Source of the DNA: Ostrea edulis
Lineage: Eukaryota
DNA length: 64,000 nucleotides
Assembly (NCBI RefSeq): GCF_947568905.1
Contig: NC_079168.1
Span: 33,728,001-33,792,000 of the forward strand
Direction of reading: 5' to 3'
Below, piece after piece: positions 42,034 to 53,204 of this stretch. Positions within the stretch are counted from its first letter, which is position 1. Each line of letters starts with the position of its first letter. The notes below the pieces were generated by a model. That model was not told the origin of the DNA. It did not search any database and saw nothing but the letters and a program-made list of their open reading frames with translations. A program made the translations under genes and the position numbers.

Positions 42034-43003
42034 GTAAGACCTTGTTTCCAATGTTTGTCTTAGAGGGGTTGTTGTACCAGACTCTTTATGGGTGTCCTGA
42101 TAAGGAATTTTCTTGGTCATTTTGGGAGGATGCCTTGTAGGCTGTGGATAGTGAAACAAATTGATACCTCTAAAATTGATGGAAAAAATTGGTGAATACT
42201 ATTGCAGAATTGATGATTAAGTATTTCAATTTTCATCAGAGCACCAGGAAGAATTCAATTGAAGGGATTCACTCATTGTCATTTTTAGCTGTGAAGTAAA
42301 TTTAGATATGATAGATATCCAAGATGTGTAGTATATATTACTTTCATTCTCTTCTAGACAAGGTTAATTTCCTAGCATAGTGAAGATAAAATCAATTTGA
42401 TGAAAGATTTTTTTCTGTAATTGACAGAATAAAACAAAAGGTATTAAACAGCAACAGGCACATTGCTGTTACTTAATTTAAACATGTTTTCTCACTTTGT
42501 AATTGGCATTTAAAGAAAAAACATGGTTAAAATATTCTGTGTATTTTCATCCAAATGATAGTTTTATGGCTAATTTGTCAAACGGAGGGAATAAATTAAA
42601 AGAACTTAACAGATAGTGAATCACAGGGTAAATGATTTGGAATTGTCCTTGTTTGCTAATATTTTCACTTCCTTGACGTCCAAAAAACAAAGGAGTGAAA
42701 AGTCCACATGCATGTTACAAGACGTATGTCTGCATCAGACGGAAAGTAAGACTAGAATTACAACCAGTTTAGAATTTCAATGTCATGCAGCCATCTCAAG
42801 TGTTTTTGGACAAAATGTTTTGTATAACCTGTAAATTTCCAAAGAGTTTAAAGCAAATAAACATGTAACAAAGAAAATCAGTACTACATGTAGGTATATA
42901 TAATTGTAACATACTTCTATTTTGCTGAAACCATTAGTGGTATGGATTGAATCTCATGTGATGTTGTATTTGACCAATGTACGTCCTCTTTATGTACATG
43001 CAG

Positions 43004-43130
43004 GCAACCTGAGATGCATAAGTCTCAAGGTTTCGCGTGTGACTTCCAACTTTGCTTTTCTGCTATGGACCAACGTCAAATTTCCAGACCAGCGCAATTT
43101 GCTAAGCTATATTATCGTCTATAAAGAAGC
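43004..43130 (+). CDS. InR: InR FnIII-1 N-terminal exon, copy A (127 nt, phase 1-2); candidate mutually exclusive exon
   Basis: Acceptor tttatgtacatgcag, donor gtaagt. (C)NLRCISLKVSRVTSNFAFLLWTNVKFPDQRNLLSYIIVYKE(A), homologous to INSR CENELLKF...[25 protein letters not shown]. Confidence 0.9.
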
Positions 43131-43353
43131 GTAAGTGGAAAGTGGCAGACACCCCCAATATTTCTAGATCCATCCCCTCACCTTTTGTAGACTGATTTTA
43201 TTGTTACTTCATAGGCTTTTCCGTTTCAGTGATGTATTTTATTAGTGTATGATTGCCCCACCTTTTTATTCACCTGTGAGCTGTAGCTGTACAGTATATA
43301 TGTTTGCATGATGACCAAAGCTTATGTATGACCCCCGCTGTATTTCCACACAG

Positions 43354-43480
43354 GCACAGTGATGGCTCTGAACCTGACCGTAGTTAAAATAGCAGCACGG
43401 ATTGCTTTCCTTCGCTGGGATAACTTCAAAACTTCTGATCCACGGCAATTACTAAGCTATGTTATCAACTGGAAGGAAGC
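43354..43480 (+). CDS. InR: InR FnIII-1 N-terminal exon, copy B (127 nt, phase 1-2); candidate mutually exclusive exon
   Basis: Acceptor tatttccacacag, donor gtaagt. (C)TVMALNLTVVKIAARIAFLRWDNFKTSDPRQLLSYVINWKE(A); open frame, aligns ungapped to copy A. Confidence 0.9.
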
Positions 43481-45412
43481 GTAAGTAGATGGAACCTTGT
43501 TATAAGGCTGGATAAATCATGATGTGCAAGCTTATTGGATTAAAGTCATGTTTTAAGTCGGATAAAATTTGCATGTTTAAGATTGTAACCTACGACTGTG
43601 CAGGGTGTTGAACTGATATGTACCTGCAGCTGAAGTTGAACTAGCTAGTTCTCTAGCCTTTCCATGCATATATGTATCATTGCTATGGCCATGGGAATGT
43701 GAAATTATCCCAGATAAAAAGAGATTGCAGATTTTATATTTTATGGATTTTAAAGTGCTTTTTAGTTTAAATCAATTAGGAAGGTTTCATATGGGTTTTT
43801 TTTTTATGTCCATGTATGATAATATTCATCAATTTAGTGTAATTTTTCAGCCCAATTTTACAGCCCAATTTGCATTTTAGGCAGTAGAGATAGAATTTTT
43901 ATTTACCTGTAGACCTCTTCTTATCTTAAATTTTTTAGACAGATTTCCTTTGCTCTGATAACAGTTTTCTCCAATTTCATTGTGAAGCTGATGTATAGAT
44001 TGTAGAGGTGAAGTACACCTGATTGATTTTAAAGATGTTTTTATTTTTTATATGTATATATAGTGTAAAATAATAATGTAAAAAATGTTAAGTTGATGTC
44101 ATTTTAGACAGTGTCACATGCTAGAGTTATGGAAAGTAATTTCATATTCTGCAAGGTCAATACTTAATTGACATTTTCTTCAACAGGTGAAAATAAAACA
44201 CATTGTCAAGTTTTCCAAAATCAAATCTAATGAACATCGAAAGGTCTATTGTGATAGAATTATATTTGTTAGTGTAAATAGGGTACATTTTTTAATGAAA
44301 TGTACCAAAAAATTTTCAGGAGAAAAAAAAAAGATTAGTAAGAAACAGGGGGTGATAAGATAATATATGCAGGATGTGTAAATTGTGAGTTGCCTTATTT
44401 GTTGATTGATTAATGTCAGTATTATATGACTCCGTGTGAAGTCATTCTAGGAGGATTACATCATGTCTACACAGCGACTGGTACAGAAGGGTCTTTAGTG
44501 TGACCCTGATCCATCTAACTGCATGTTGTTGTTATTTTCCTGACATTAGACTCATCATTCAGAGTAATTCGTCTCCAGGGCCCGCGCATTATAGTTTTAT
44601 TACACTAATAATCAGAATGTTTGAGCAATATCTTTACAAAGCTTAAGATAGAAAGTCTGTTTGTTTTGAAGATATAAGATTGCTGTTGGATTTGTGCCAC
44701 ATTTAGTGTAAAAAGGTTGTTGTTACCCTTGTGATGATTTGAAATCCTTCAGAAAGATTATGTAAGAACATATCAGATGAAATGAGTCCCATTCCAGGTA
44801 ATGACAATGAGCAATACACACAGAATAACTGATGGCTGTTTATGTAATGTAAGTGGTATAGTACTGATAGAAATGAATTGTCACCAGTGAGCAGACAGGT
44901 GGTGTATATATTACAATTCTATCAACAGTTACAGTTGGGCAGCAGTTTTCAAGGGCCAGTCTTTTTAGTGGTTAGTGCCCTGGCTATCTGTCATTAGTGA
45001 AACTTCCTAAATATGGAGGCAATGCAAAATAGTATTAACAACTGTGTCCAACTTCTGGTGTTGTTCTGTGTGATGATGAAGGCTGTTCAATTAGCGAGGG
45101 AGGACCAATCGCCAAGGATACATGTAGATTATAAATAAGAAAATGTACAGGAACATAATGATACAACATGCATACTGCAATACAGCATTTATAAATAATC
45201 ACACCTTGTCCGCTAATGTATTTCAGAAGTGATTTATTTCAAGGTGATTTGGCTTTAAGAAACAGGTGGAATGTGTTGGTAGAACTGTAATTCTTTGTCT
45301 GATTGGCTAGAGGGAACAGTAGTTCATGCAATGATTTATTGATATTCTCTCTTGCACAGGAAGTTCCTGAGAGGAATGATGGGTTAAAATCAATCTGTTT
45401 TCTGTTTTGCAG

Positions 45413-45466
45413 ACCATTCAAAAATCTTTCAATCTATGAAGGCAGAGATGCTTGTGATGATGATGT
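45413..45466 (+). CDS. InR: InR exon: FnIII-1 loop with the GRDAC Cys (54 nt, phase 2-2)
   Basis: Acceptor ttctgttttgcag, donor gtaagt. PFKNLSIYEGRDACDDD(V), compare INSR PYQNVTEFDGQDAC. Confidence 0.93.
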
Positions 45467-46417
45467 GTAAGTTATTTTTTATATGTTTAATTTCAAAGTC
45501 TCAAAGTATGATGTCTTGTCTAAGATTTAGATGTTACAGAGTGTTCAAGATTTCCTATATCATTGCAATACAATGCTTTACATGCAGTTTTGAACTAACC
45601 CTGATTGTCATGGTAGCATTCGCTGTGCGAGCTGGGAGTCATGTATTAGTCTCGTCTGTGGTTCTGTGATTCTTGAAGGACCAATTAACCTATATAATTA
45701 TGTACATCCTGTGAATGGTCAAAACAAAAAATATATACATAAATGTTATAAATTTTTTAAAGAAACTGTTTTTAGAGACACAATTAGAGGTCCTTCAAAA
45801 TCTAACCAATACTGTACTGATAGCAATTTTTTTTTTACACAAGTCGCTGTCAATCCCAAAAAGGTCAAAGTTCACAGTTGTAATGTGATGCGTTGAAATC
45901 AGTTGGGATATGACGACTTGTAAATATTTTGTCTTAAAGGTATATTATATGCTGAAATTTGTATGAAAATGCTCATTTTCTATTGATTCTGGATGACCTT
46001 AACCTTTGACCTTGACCAGAATTTCAAGGTCAAAAGGTTTTGGATCACATTACAGTTTGTTCTGTCTCCATACAATGAATACTTTAGGAGTTGCCAATTT
46101 TTACATATAAATCATAAACTTTCAGGGGGTGTTAACTCCCTTTATGCATCAACAAACACCCGAAAGTAAGACTCGGTCTTTTTACCATAGACAGCTTATA
46201 AATTTCGTGAAATATCAAAAGGTCTATCCATAGAAAGGTGGAAAGACCTAAATAGTTTATTCTATACCTTTTTATGCATGATACCATCATGTCCCATGTA
46301 GGCTACCAGGTAAAGCTAGTCTTGATCAGATTTAGGTAACAGAATATGAATGGCCACACAACATACATGTGTTTATCACTGTCAGACAGCTTTAAAGCAC
46401 ATTTCCTTTACACTCAG

Positions 46418-46593
46418 GTGGAATACAAAAGATATCCTGAACAAGATGGAGAGAGATGAGGATCATGTGACTTCGCTGTTGCTGAATCTGAAGCCGTGGA
46501 CGCAGTACGCAGTATACGTACAGACTTACACCACATCCTCAGCCAAATTCGGAGCCATCAGCAATATTGTCTACTTCACTACCCTTCCATACT
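46418..46593 (+). CDS. InR: InR exon: FnIII-1 C-terminal half (176 nt, phase 2-1)
   Basis: Acceptor cctttacactcag, donor gtacgt. WNTKDIL...LLLNLKPWTQYAVYVQTYT...GAISNIVYFTTLPY. Confidence 0.94.
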
Positions 46594-47843
46594 GTACGTC
46601 ACTGGGATCTTCTCAGATTAAAATGATCATTGTTGTCCTTGTTACTGGAATATTACTTCCATGACCTACTATAATCCATTTTTATTCATCACTGTGCATT
46701 GCTTGCGGGTCATAATCTTTTGAACACTTTTAAGTTAAGATTTATGGGCTACTTTTTGCCAAATTTTGTATATGTTAAACACCTATTGTGTAAGGGGAAT
46801 AAAAATTGTGTATTTCATGGTCCTTGTATTTATGGAACATTAGGGTTGCACCAAAACCTTCAAGTGATAGTCCAGTCTTTAAATAATTTATCAGTTGTAG
46901 GGTATATTGTAAACAAACTATTTATGTAACAATATGAACATGGAGGCCTCTTCTAAAATTGTGCAATTCATGGTTGAGGTACAAAGCAGAAGTGTAATAA
47001 ATTTTCCATTTTGCTCCTGAACTCAAAATGTATAGGTGCCTTCCTTTGATCATTGTTTCCTAAAACACCTACACTTTTGAGGTCAAGGTCATGAGATACA
47101 TGTAATAAATGAGGGATCATATGACTTATGTAAAATATTTCAATTGACAAGGTTTAATATTTAGTTCTCAAGTAGAAAATGGTCAGATATCTATACAATA
47201 TGAGGTCAGAAGGCCAAAGGTCAAGGTCGCAAAGAAAATTGGTTGGGAATGTTGGATGTGGTAACTCAAATATTGTGAAATTCCCTGACTTTGTATTTGA
47301 TGCCAGGTAGGTAAAGGTGAAACAAAAATGGAGATTGTGGGCCACAAGATCCAAGGTCATTGTTGACCTGACCTTATGACCAAGACCTGCAAGAGTTTGT
47401 CTGTTTTCTAGTCAATTTAAAGTTAATGAAGACAAATACATTTTTTGCATATGATCAACATATCCTTTTTGCCTCTGTTGTATCCCAAAATTGATCTATT
47501 TCCCAGTGTTAACATTTTGATAATATTTCATCTTTAGAGTAAGTTACCACATATGAAGATGTTGTAGAAAATGATTTGAAGAATAAAGAATAAATTCTCA
47601 TTTTCTCTCAAGGTTACAATTAGTATGAATATTTCTATATCATATTGAAAGAGTGATGTCGTAATTGATTTTCATGAAGTTCAGGATATTTGCCTCTCCC
47701 ATAATACAAGTGATAAAATTTTTCTTTTGTAGAGGACAGATGGGGATGCTTACTACATACATTTTGCGAATTGAAAAACATTTCTTTATGTATAGGTTTG
47801 AAAATTGATTTTGCTAACAATCATAATGAATATGTATTTGTAG

Positions 47844-48014
47844 ATCCTACCATACCAGACAAGTTACGAGTGAAGGCTTTAGCACCAGGGACCCTCAAAA
47901 TTATGTGGAACCCGCCCTCCAACCCCCACGGCAATGTTACACATTATGAGGTGTACTGGAGAAAGCGCCCCCTGGTGCATGAAAAATTTAATGAACGAAA
48001 CTACTGCACAGAGC
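47844..48014 (+). CDS. InR: InR exon: FnIII-2a and start of insert domain (171 nt, phase 1-1)
   Basis: Acceptor gtatttgtag, donor gtatgt. PTIPDKL...IMWNPPSNPHGNVTHYEVYW...NERNYCTE. Confidence 0.93.
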
Positions 48015-48378
48015 GTATGTGATTTATGAGAAGTTTGGATGTTTAATTAACACTAAACATTTATAACCCTTATTTTAGAAAGATTTTTCAAGTGAATTTA
48101 AAAATATATACATGTACATATTAGGCCAAAAAAAAAGTAATGGTGTGGTTCCTATTATATGCTTTTCAGAAATAGAGTGGGTAGGTTTTATTTTTTTTTG
48201 GACAAAGTATTAATAAGGTCTGTAACTCTGGTGAATATAAATGAGAGAGATGCATGGTACTATAATATTGTGTAAATGTCACTGAAAACTATGGTACCGT
48301 CTGAACTTTTTGACGTCTTAAATTTCATAGCGTCATCAATATTTATCAGGTAGCTAAGGGCAGATAATTACAATAATC

Positions 48379-48598
48379 CTGGGGCCCGTTTTACAAAACA
48401 ACTTACGACAAAGTCGCAAGTCTTAAATTGTATTATACAGTTATTACTTTAAATGAATGACTTAAAACTTTTCTGAGGCTAAATTTTCAATATTTTCTTT
48501 AAAAAAATATTTTGCATTTGGAGTGAATGATTTACAATAAAGTTGAAAATTCCAGTATGTAAAGTTTGTCGTAAGTTCTTTTGTAAAACACACACCTG
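48379..48598. mobile_element. MITE (PIF/Harbinger-like termini)
   Basis: ggcccgttttacaaaacaacttacgacaaa / tttgtcgtaagttcttttgtaaaacac inverted repeats. Confidence 0.65.
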
Positions 48599-48758
48599 AT
48601 CTTTTAGAAATTAGGGTTGGGATCAAAAGAAAAGAAGGCATGTCGCACAATTATTTTTTTACGCCCAAGTATAATGTAAAAATCAGCCGCATCAGACATA
48701 ATTTCAAATTGTGTCGTATTAAAGATATTGTTTAATGTGAGTTGGTAAGAAAAAGATA

Positions 48759-49437
48759 TTTATACCCCCCGCAACAAGTTGGGGGGGGGGGTATACTGGA
48801 ATCGGGTTGTCCGTCTGTCTGACCGTCCGTCCGTCTGTAGATGCAATGGTTTCCGGGCTCTAAAGCATTATCCTTTCCACCTACAGTCACCATATCATAT
48901 ATATGGACTACCCATGGGATGAAGATGTTCCCTATCGATTTTGGGGTCAAAAGGTCAAAGGTCAAGCGCATTGGACATCGAAGTAGCAATATGGTTTCTG
49001 GGCTCTAAAGCGTTATCCTTTCCACCTACAGTCACCATATCATACATATGGACTACCCATGGGATGAAGATGTTCCCTATCGATTTTGGGGTCCAAAGGT
49101 CAATCGCACTGGACATCGAAGTAGCAATATGGTTTCCGGGCTCTAAAGCGTTATCCTTTCCACCTACAGTCACCATATCATACATATGGACTACCCATGG
49201 GATGAAGATGTTCCCTATCGATTTTGGGGTCCAAAGGTCACGTGCACTGGACATCAAAGTAGCAATATGGTTTCCATTTAAATTCTTTAATGGCTTTTTT
49301 CATCGCATGGAGATGCTGTGTTCCTAGATACTTTTTGGATCATAATACTGAAGTTTTACCTATTACCAACACCCTTTGGGAGATTGGGGTAAGCGGGGGG
49401 TATTCTTAGTGAGCATTGCTCACAGTACCTCTTGTTT
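48759..49437 (+). mobile_element. Complete HINE-type element with 138-bp internal tandem repeats
   Basis: tttatacccc start, (gtcc/gtct)n tract, about 3 x 138-bp units, ggggtatt subterminal inverted repeat, gtgagcattgctcac hairpin, cttgtt end. Confidence 0.85.
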
Positions 49438-49471
49438 CAACAGCTATGTGATGTTGATAAATGTATTGCAG

Positions 49472-49685
49472 CACTAGACAAATCAAGGGCACAGTCAGAT
49501 GATCTGTATGATGAGGAAGATGAATTTGAACAAGGTCGGGACATGAGTAGAGATTACAACAACAAAACAATTCAAGGAGAATGTGCGTGTCCAAAATCTA
49601 ATGAGGAGGAGGAGGAGGAAAGGAAGGAAAGAGAGATGCAGATTGCTTTTGAGAACTTCTTGCATAACTATGTCTACCTCAAGAG
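49472..49685 (+). CDS. InR: InR exon: insert domain alpha including alphaCT helix (214 nt, phase 1-2)
   Basis: Phase-compatible acceptor is atgtattgcag (49471); donor gtaaat at 49686. LDKSRAQ...GECACPKS...EREMQIAFENFLHNYVYLK(R). The 5' boundary is less certain than the 3'. Confidence 0.88.
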
Positions 49686-50965
49686 GTAAATAACGGCAGC
49701 ATGCTTATGTAGAATTCTTAACACTGACTAGGGAAAAATGGCAGAATTTGGCATTGTGTGACATGTGTAGATAAAAGTTTTCCCAGTCTCTCATTATCCC
49801 TGTATGTATTTACTCTGCGTGAAGTTTGAAGATTGAACTAGATTCAAAATATCTATGTCTTTGATTTAATTAAAGTTTTATTTATATAAACTTTACTAAG
49901 CATTATTCTCGCATTCTAAGTGTTTTTATTTACAATCATAGATTTAAATTGTCTGCCATTTCCTTAGGCGTAATATTGCCAAGAGAATGACTTGTATAAT
50001 CAGGAGAAAATATTACTAATGATTGGTGGGGGAGTTATAGAGCCCAGAGATTTAAATTGCATGGGGATTCGCCAACACTTGGTTTTAGAAATATGTTCAC
50101 GAAAGGAGATTTTTTATGTATGAATTGGAATGTCCATAGAAATGTGTATAGTGAAAATAAAATCAGTTTTCCTCCAGTTATTTTCTGTAAATATTGTAAA
50201 ACACACCGATAGCATGAACTATCAAATTTGCAAGTGTTATGAATTTTTTATCTTAAATGTTTCTTAAATGTTGTTCATTCCGTATTTTTTCTTCTTTCTT
50301 TTTATATTTTACTGGAATTGCTGCATTTAAATGTTATTTGACATTTCTGAGTACTATATATATATATATTATATATATATATGATATAGAAACTCAATCT
50401 TCCAGTTCATATGTCTTTTAAAAGGGGAAACCCGGCCATTATTTAGCATGCAGAAAGGAACATTGTATAGGGTTTTTATTTTACATCAATTTACCTCAAT
50501 TTTCATTGATGTTGTATGAAATCATGGTCATTCTCTCATGTTGAAGGGGGCCACTTGCACAAAACATCAAATACACATATTATTGTCTGAGCCACTTGCA
50601 AGAATATATGTTTCATGTTCGTCCAATAGATATTTTATCACTGCTGTATCACTCATTACATTAAGAAAATGCATCCATCATGCTTAAAAAAAAAAAACCA
50701 ACAAAACATAGAGAACAAAAGAGGGGAGATAATCCTCCCACTGAATTATACCATAAGTTAAGGAGAGTGTAAAACTCTGGGACGCTTATTTTCTAAACTG
50801 ACTAGGGGGGAGGGGGTTGAATGCTTGTTCTAATACTAAAGAATGTGTGTGTTAAGAGTGTTTACGTACCTGTCTGTGTTTTCTCCACTAACAATAATAC
50901 TGCAGGCCTCGCGTTGTATGTCGTTTCTTTTCCTAATGTTACAACTTCTTTGTTATCACATCTAG

Positions 50966-50980
50966 GCACAAACAAGATGG
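50966..50980 (+). CDS. InR: Candidate 15-nt cassette microexon after alphaCT, encoding (R)HKQD(G)
   Basis: Long pyrimidine tract with branch-like cctaat, tctag acceptor, perfect gg|gtaagt donor; 15 nt, phase 2-2, no stop. Confidence 0.6.
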
Positions 50981-51836
50981 GTAAGTAGAGTTGAAATGAA
51001 GCAGATTAAACAACAGTTTTCAAAACCATTTTTAAAAAGTCTGTATGAGTGATGCACCATCTGCATTTAAAAACTTAACTCTATTACATGAACGAAAACT
51101 CCTACCTCCAGGGAAAATTTTTGTGTTTCACTTAATGTAAATGTAGACTGCATCGTGTAATTTCTGAATTTATAATGAAAATCATAACAATGAAATCCTA
51201 CCAATTCTTTTTATATAACCACCATTTATATATCACTTGTTAAGTGCAGTGAGTTATGTTTAGTTTCTACTTTTAGTTTCATTTTTGTGTTTCACTTCTA
51301 CCAAAAAAACCTATTGTATTGTCTACTTTATAATTTTTCATATGTATCTTCATATCATATTTATTAAATGTTTGTATCGTATAGAACAAATCAACAAAAA
51401 TTTTCCCTCCACACATTCACTCATGGCATAACATTGAAGAGCTTGAAAAGATTTTTACTGGGAGATTGTGTTATACTTTCAATTTGCTGTTTGATGTGTT
51501 TCAGTTTTTTGAGGTAAAAGGGAATTTGATGTTAAAAAACTTTTGGCATGATAATACTTTGTCTCATTCTTATACTTTGATAATACTTTTTTCAGAGTAT
51601 TGCAAGGAAATTTTTTTTTGAAAAAAAGCTTTGTTCTTTCTTGGTATTGATTTTGTGAGCAGAATTTAAATGGAGTAAGAAATTACGTTAGTTTGGGGGG
51701 GAGGGGGTGTATTGTTCAATACATTCTTAAACAATGTCTTTTTCCCAGTAATCTTGACTTAAAAAGAATAAATATTTATGAGTATAGAAGATTTGTATTG
51801 TGCTATCTGACAATATTTACTATATATCTTTGGCAG

Positions 51837-51857
51837 AATATTAAGTACCTTTCGAAG
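51837..51857 (+). CDS. Candidate 21-nt cassette microexon, encoding (R)ILSTFR(R/S)
   Basis: Branch-like ctgac about 26 nt upstream, atctttggcag acceptor, ag|gtaata donor; 21 nt, phase 2-2, no stop. Confidence 0.3.
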
Positions 51858-52730
51858 GTAATAGTTTTTGACATGTGAAATGTCTATATAAATATATATA
51901 TATCTGGCACTATATAAATCTTTTAACTACAATTACAATTATAGCTCAAAATGTTGTGTGAAAAAAAAAGAAATGACACTTGATTAAAGTGTGTTGAAAA
52001 TGTTATGCTGTGATTGGATTCTTGGAGTTAAGTTAGAGCTAGTCCCAGGTCCTGAGGCAGATTGAAGTGACAATTGACCTAATGGTAAAAACAAGATTTT
52101 CTGTGAATGTGGAAATAACATGTGTTTCTTGTTTTATGAATGTGTATGGAGGAAAAGGGATGCACAATTCAATCAATATTCTTAAAAAGTTTGAGAATCT
52201 GAGTTTTTTCAGTAATTATCTTCGTACATGTTAGAAGAGGGGGAGGGTTTCAGAGGAGAGGAGGAGGGGTTTCAGAAAAGGAGGGGGGGGGGGGGGGTGA
52301 GGTGTTGAGAGAAGGGGGATGGTTTCAAAGGAGTGGGTCAGAGGAGGGGGAGGAGGTCTTCAAGATGTCAGATATTTTCTTGGAAAGAATGATGTAGGTT
52401 CAGTACTAAAGATACTGGAGTGGAAGGTGAAGGGTGGAGGTTGGTATAGATAATAGCTTGAAGTTAAGGATAGCACATTGTCCGGTTTGTCTTATCTTTA
52501 GATTATGGTTTTAGTCTCACAAGGGTTTTATGTAGCCATATTTTTTTTTCACTAAACAAGATTTAGATTTTAACATTTTGAATTGAATTTATTCCCCACT
52601 TTCCATTTTTAAGAAATTTCTGTGATCTGTTAGACCTTCTTAAATCCAATTGAATTGATTAAAAAATGATGTGGGACAGATATTAAGATATTTTTGATGG
52701 TGCTTCAAGGACATACTACATATTAAAAAG

Positions 52731-52975
52731 GTGGAAGAGCTAGAGGAGGGTGGGTGGGTATTAAACAGAATAGGTCAGGATGATAAACTATTACAGTGGA
52801 AGAGCTAGAGGGGTGGGTGGTTATTAAACAGAATAGGTCAGGATGATAAACTATTACAGTGGAAGAGCTAGAGGGGTGGGTGGTTATTAAACAGAATAGG
52901 TCAGGATGATAAACTATTACAGTGGAAGAGCTAGAGGAGGGTGAGTGGGTATTAAACAGAATAGGTTATGATGAG
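52731..52975. repeat. Minisatellite, 63-65 bp unit, about 4 copies
   Basis: gtggaagagctagagg..gtgggtggttattaaacagaataggtcaggatgataaactattaca repeated. Confidence 0.88.
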
Positions 52976-53158
52976 TACATTAAGTAGAGGGATCTTTGGG
53001 ATGGGGAAACATTATTTGTATGTAGTTTTTGGATGTGATTGAATTGTGCTGGCAGATACACCTATTGAGTGTGAGATATATGTAAATGTATTGTTTTGTT
53101 CAAAGTCTGGTGTTCATGTTAGATTTCTTCACCTCCTTCTCTTGATCTTCTATTAAAG

Positions 53159-53204
53159 GCCTGAAAAAAAATCCGTCTTGGATTTGCTAGATAGATATAT
53201 CTGA
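53159..53204 (+). CDS. Candidate alternative terminal exon, (R)PEKKSVLDLLDRYI*
   Basis: Strong pyrimidine tract ending in aag. Phase-2 reading continues alphaCT as LKRPEKK then stops; ATTAAA at 53421. No donor seen. Confidence 0.3.

Noticed and set aside
42709-43575. TGCATG (Rbfox) motifs at 42709, 43305 and 43570 around the duplicated exons
   Set aside because: The hexamer is frequent throughout the window; no enrichment can be claimed without conservation data.
44475-44646. Open stretch with FPDIRLII…YLYKA, faintly like the FnIII-1 exons (possible third copy)
   Set aside because: Wrong acceptor phase, no conserved Trp or LLSY motif, no donor; similarity is compatible with chance.
48732-49327. 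ORFs of 85-128 aa on both strands
   Set aside because: Read through the 138-bp internal repeats of a HINE; no transposase motifs.
52235-52340. G-rich purine tract (possible G-quadruplex)
   Set aside because: Similar G tracts are scattered across the window; nothing ties it to function.
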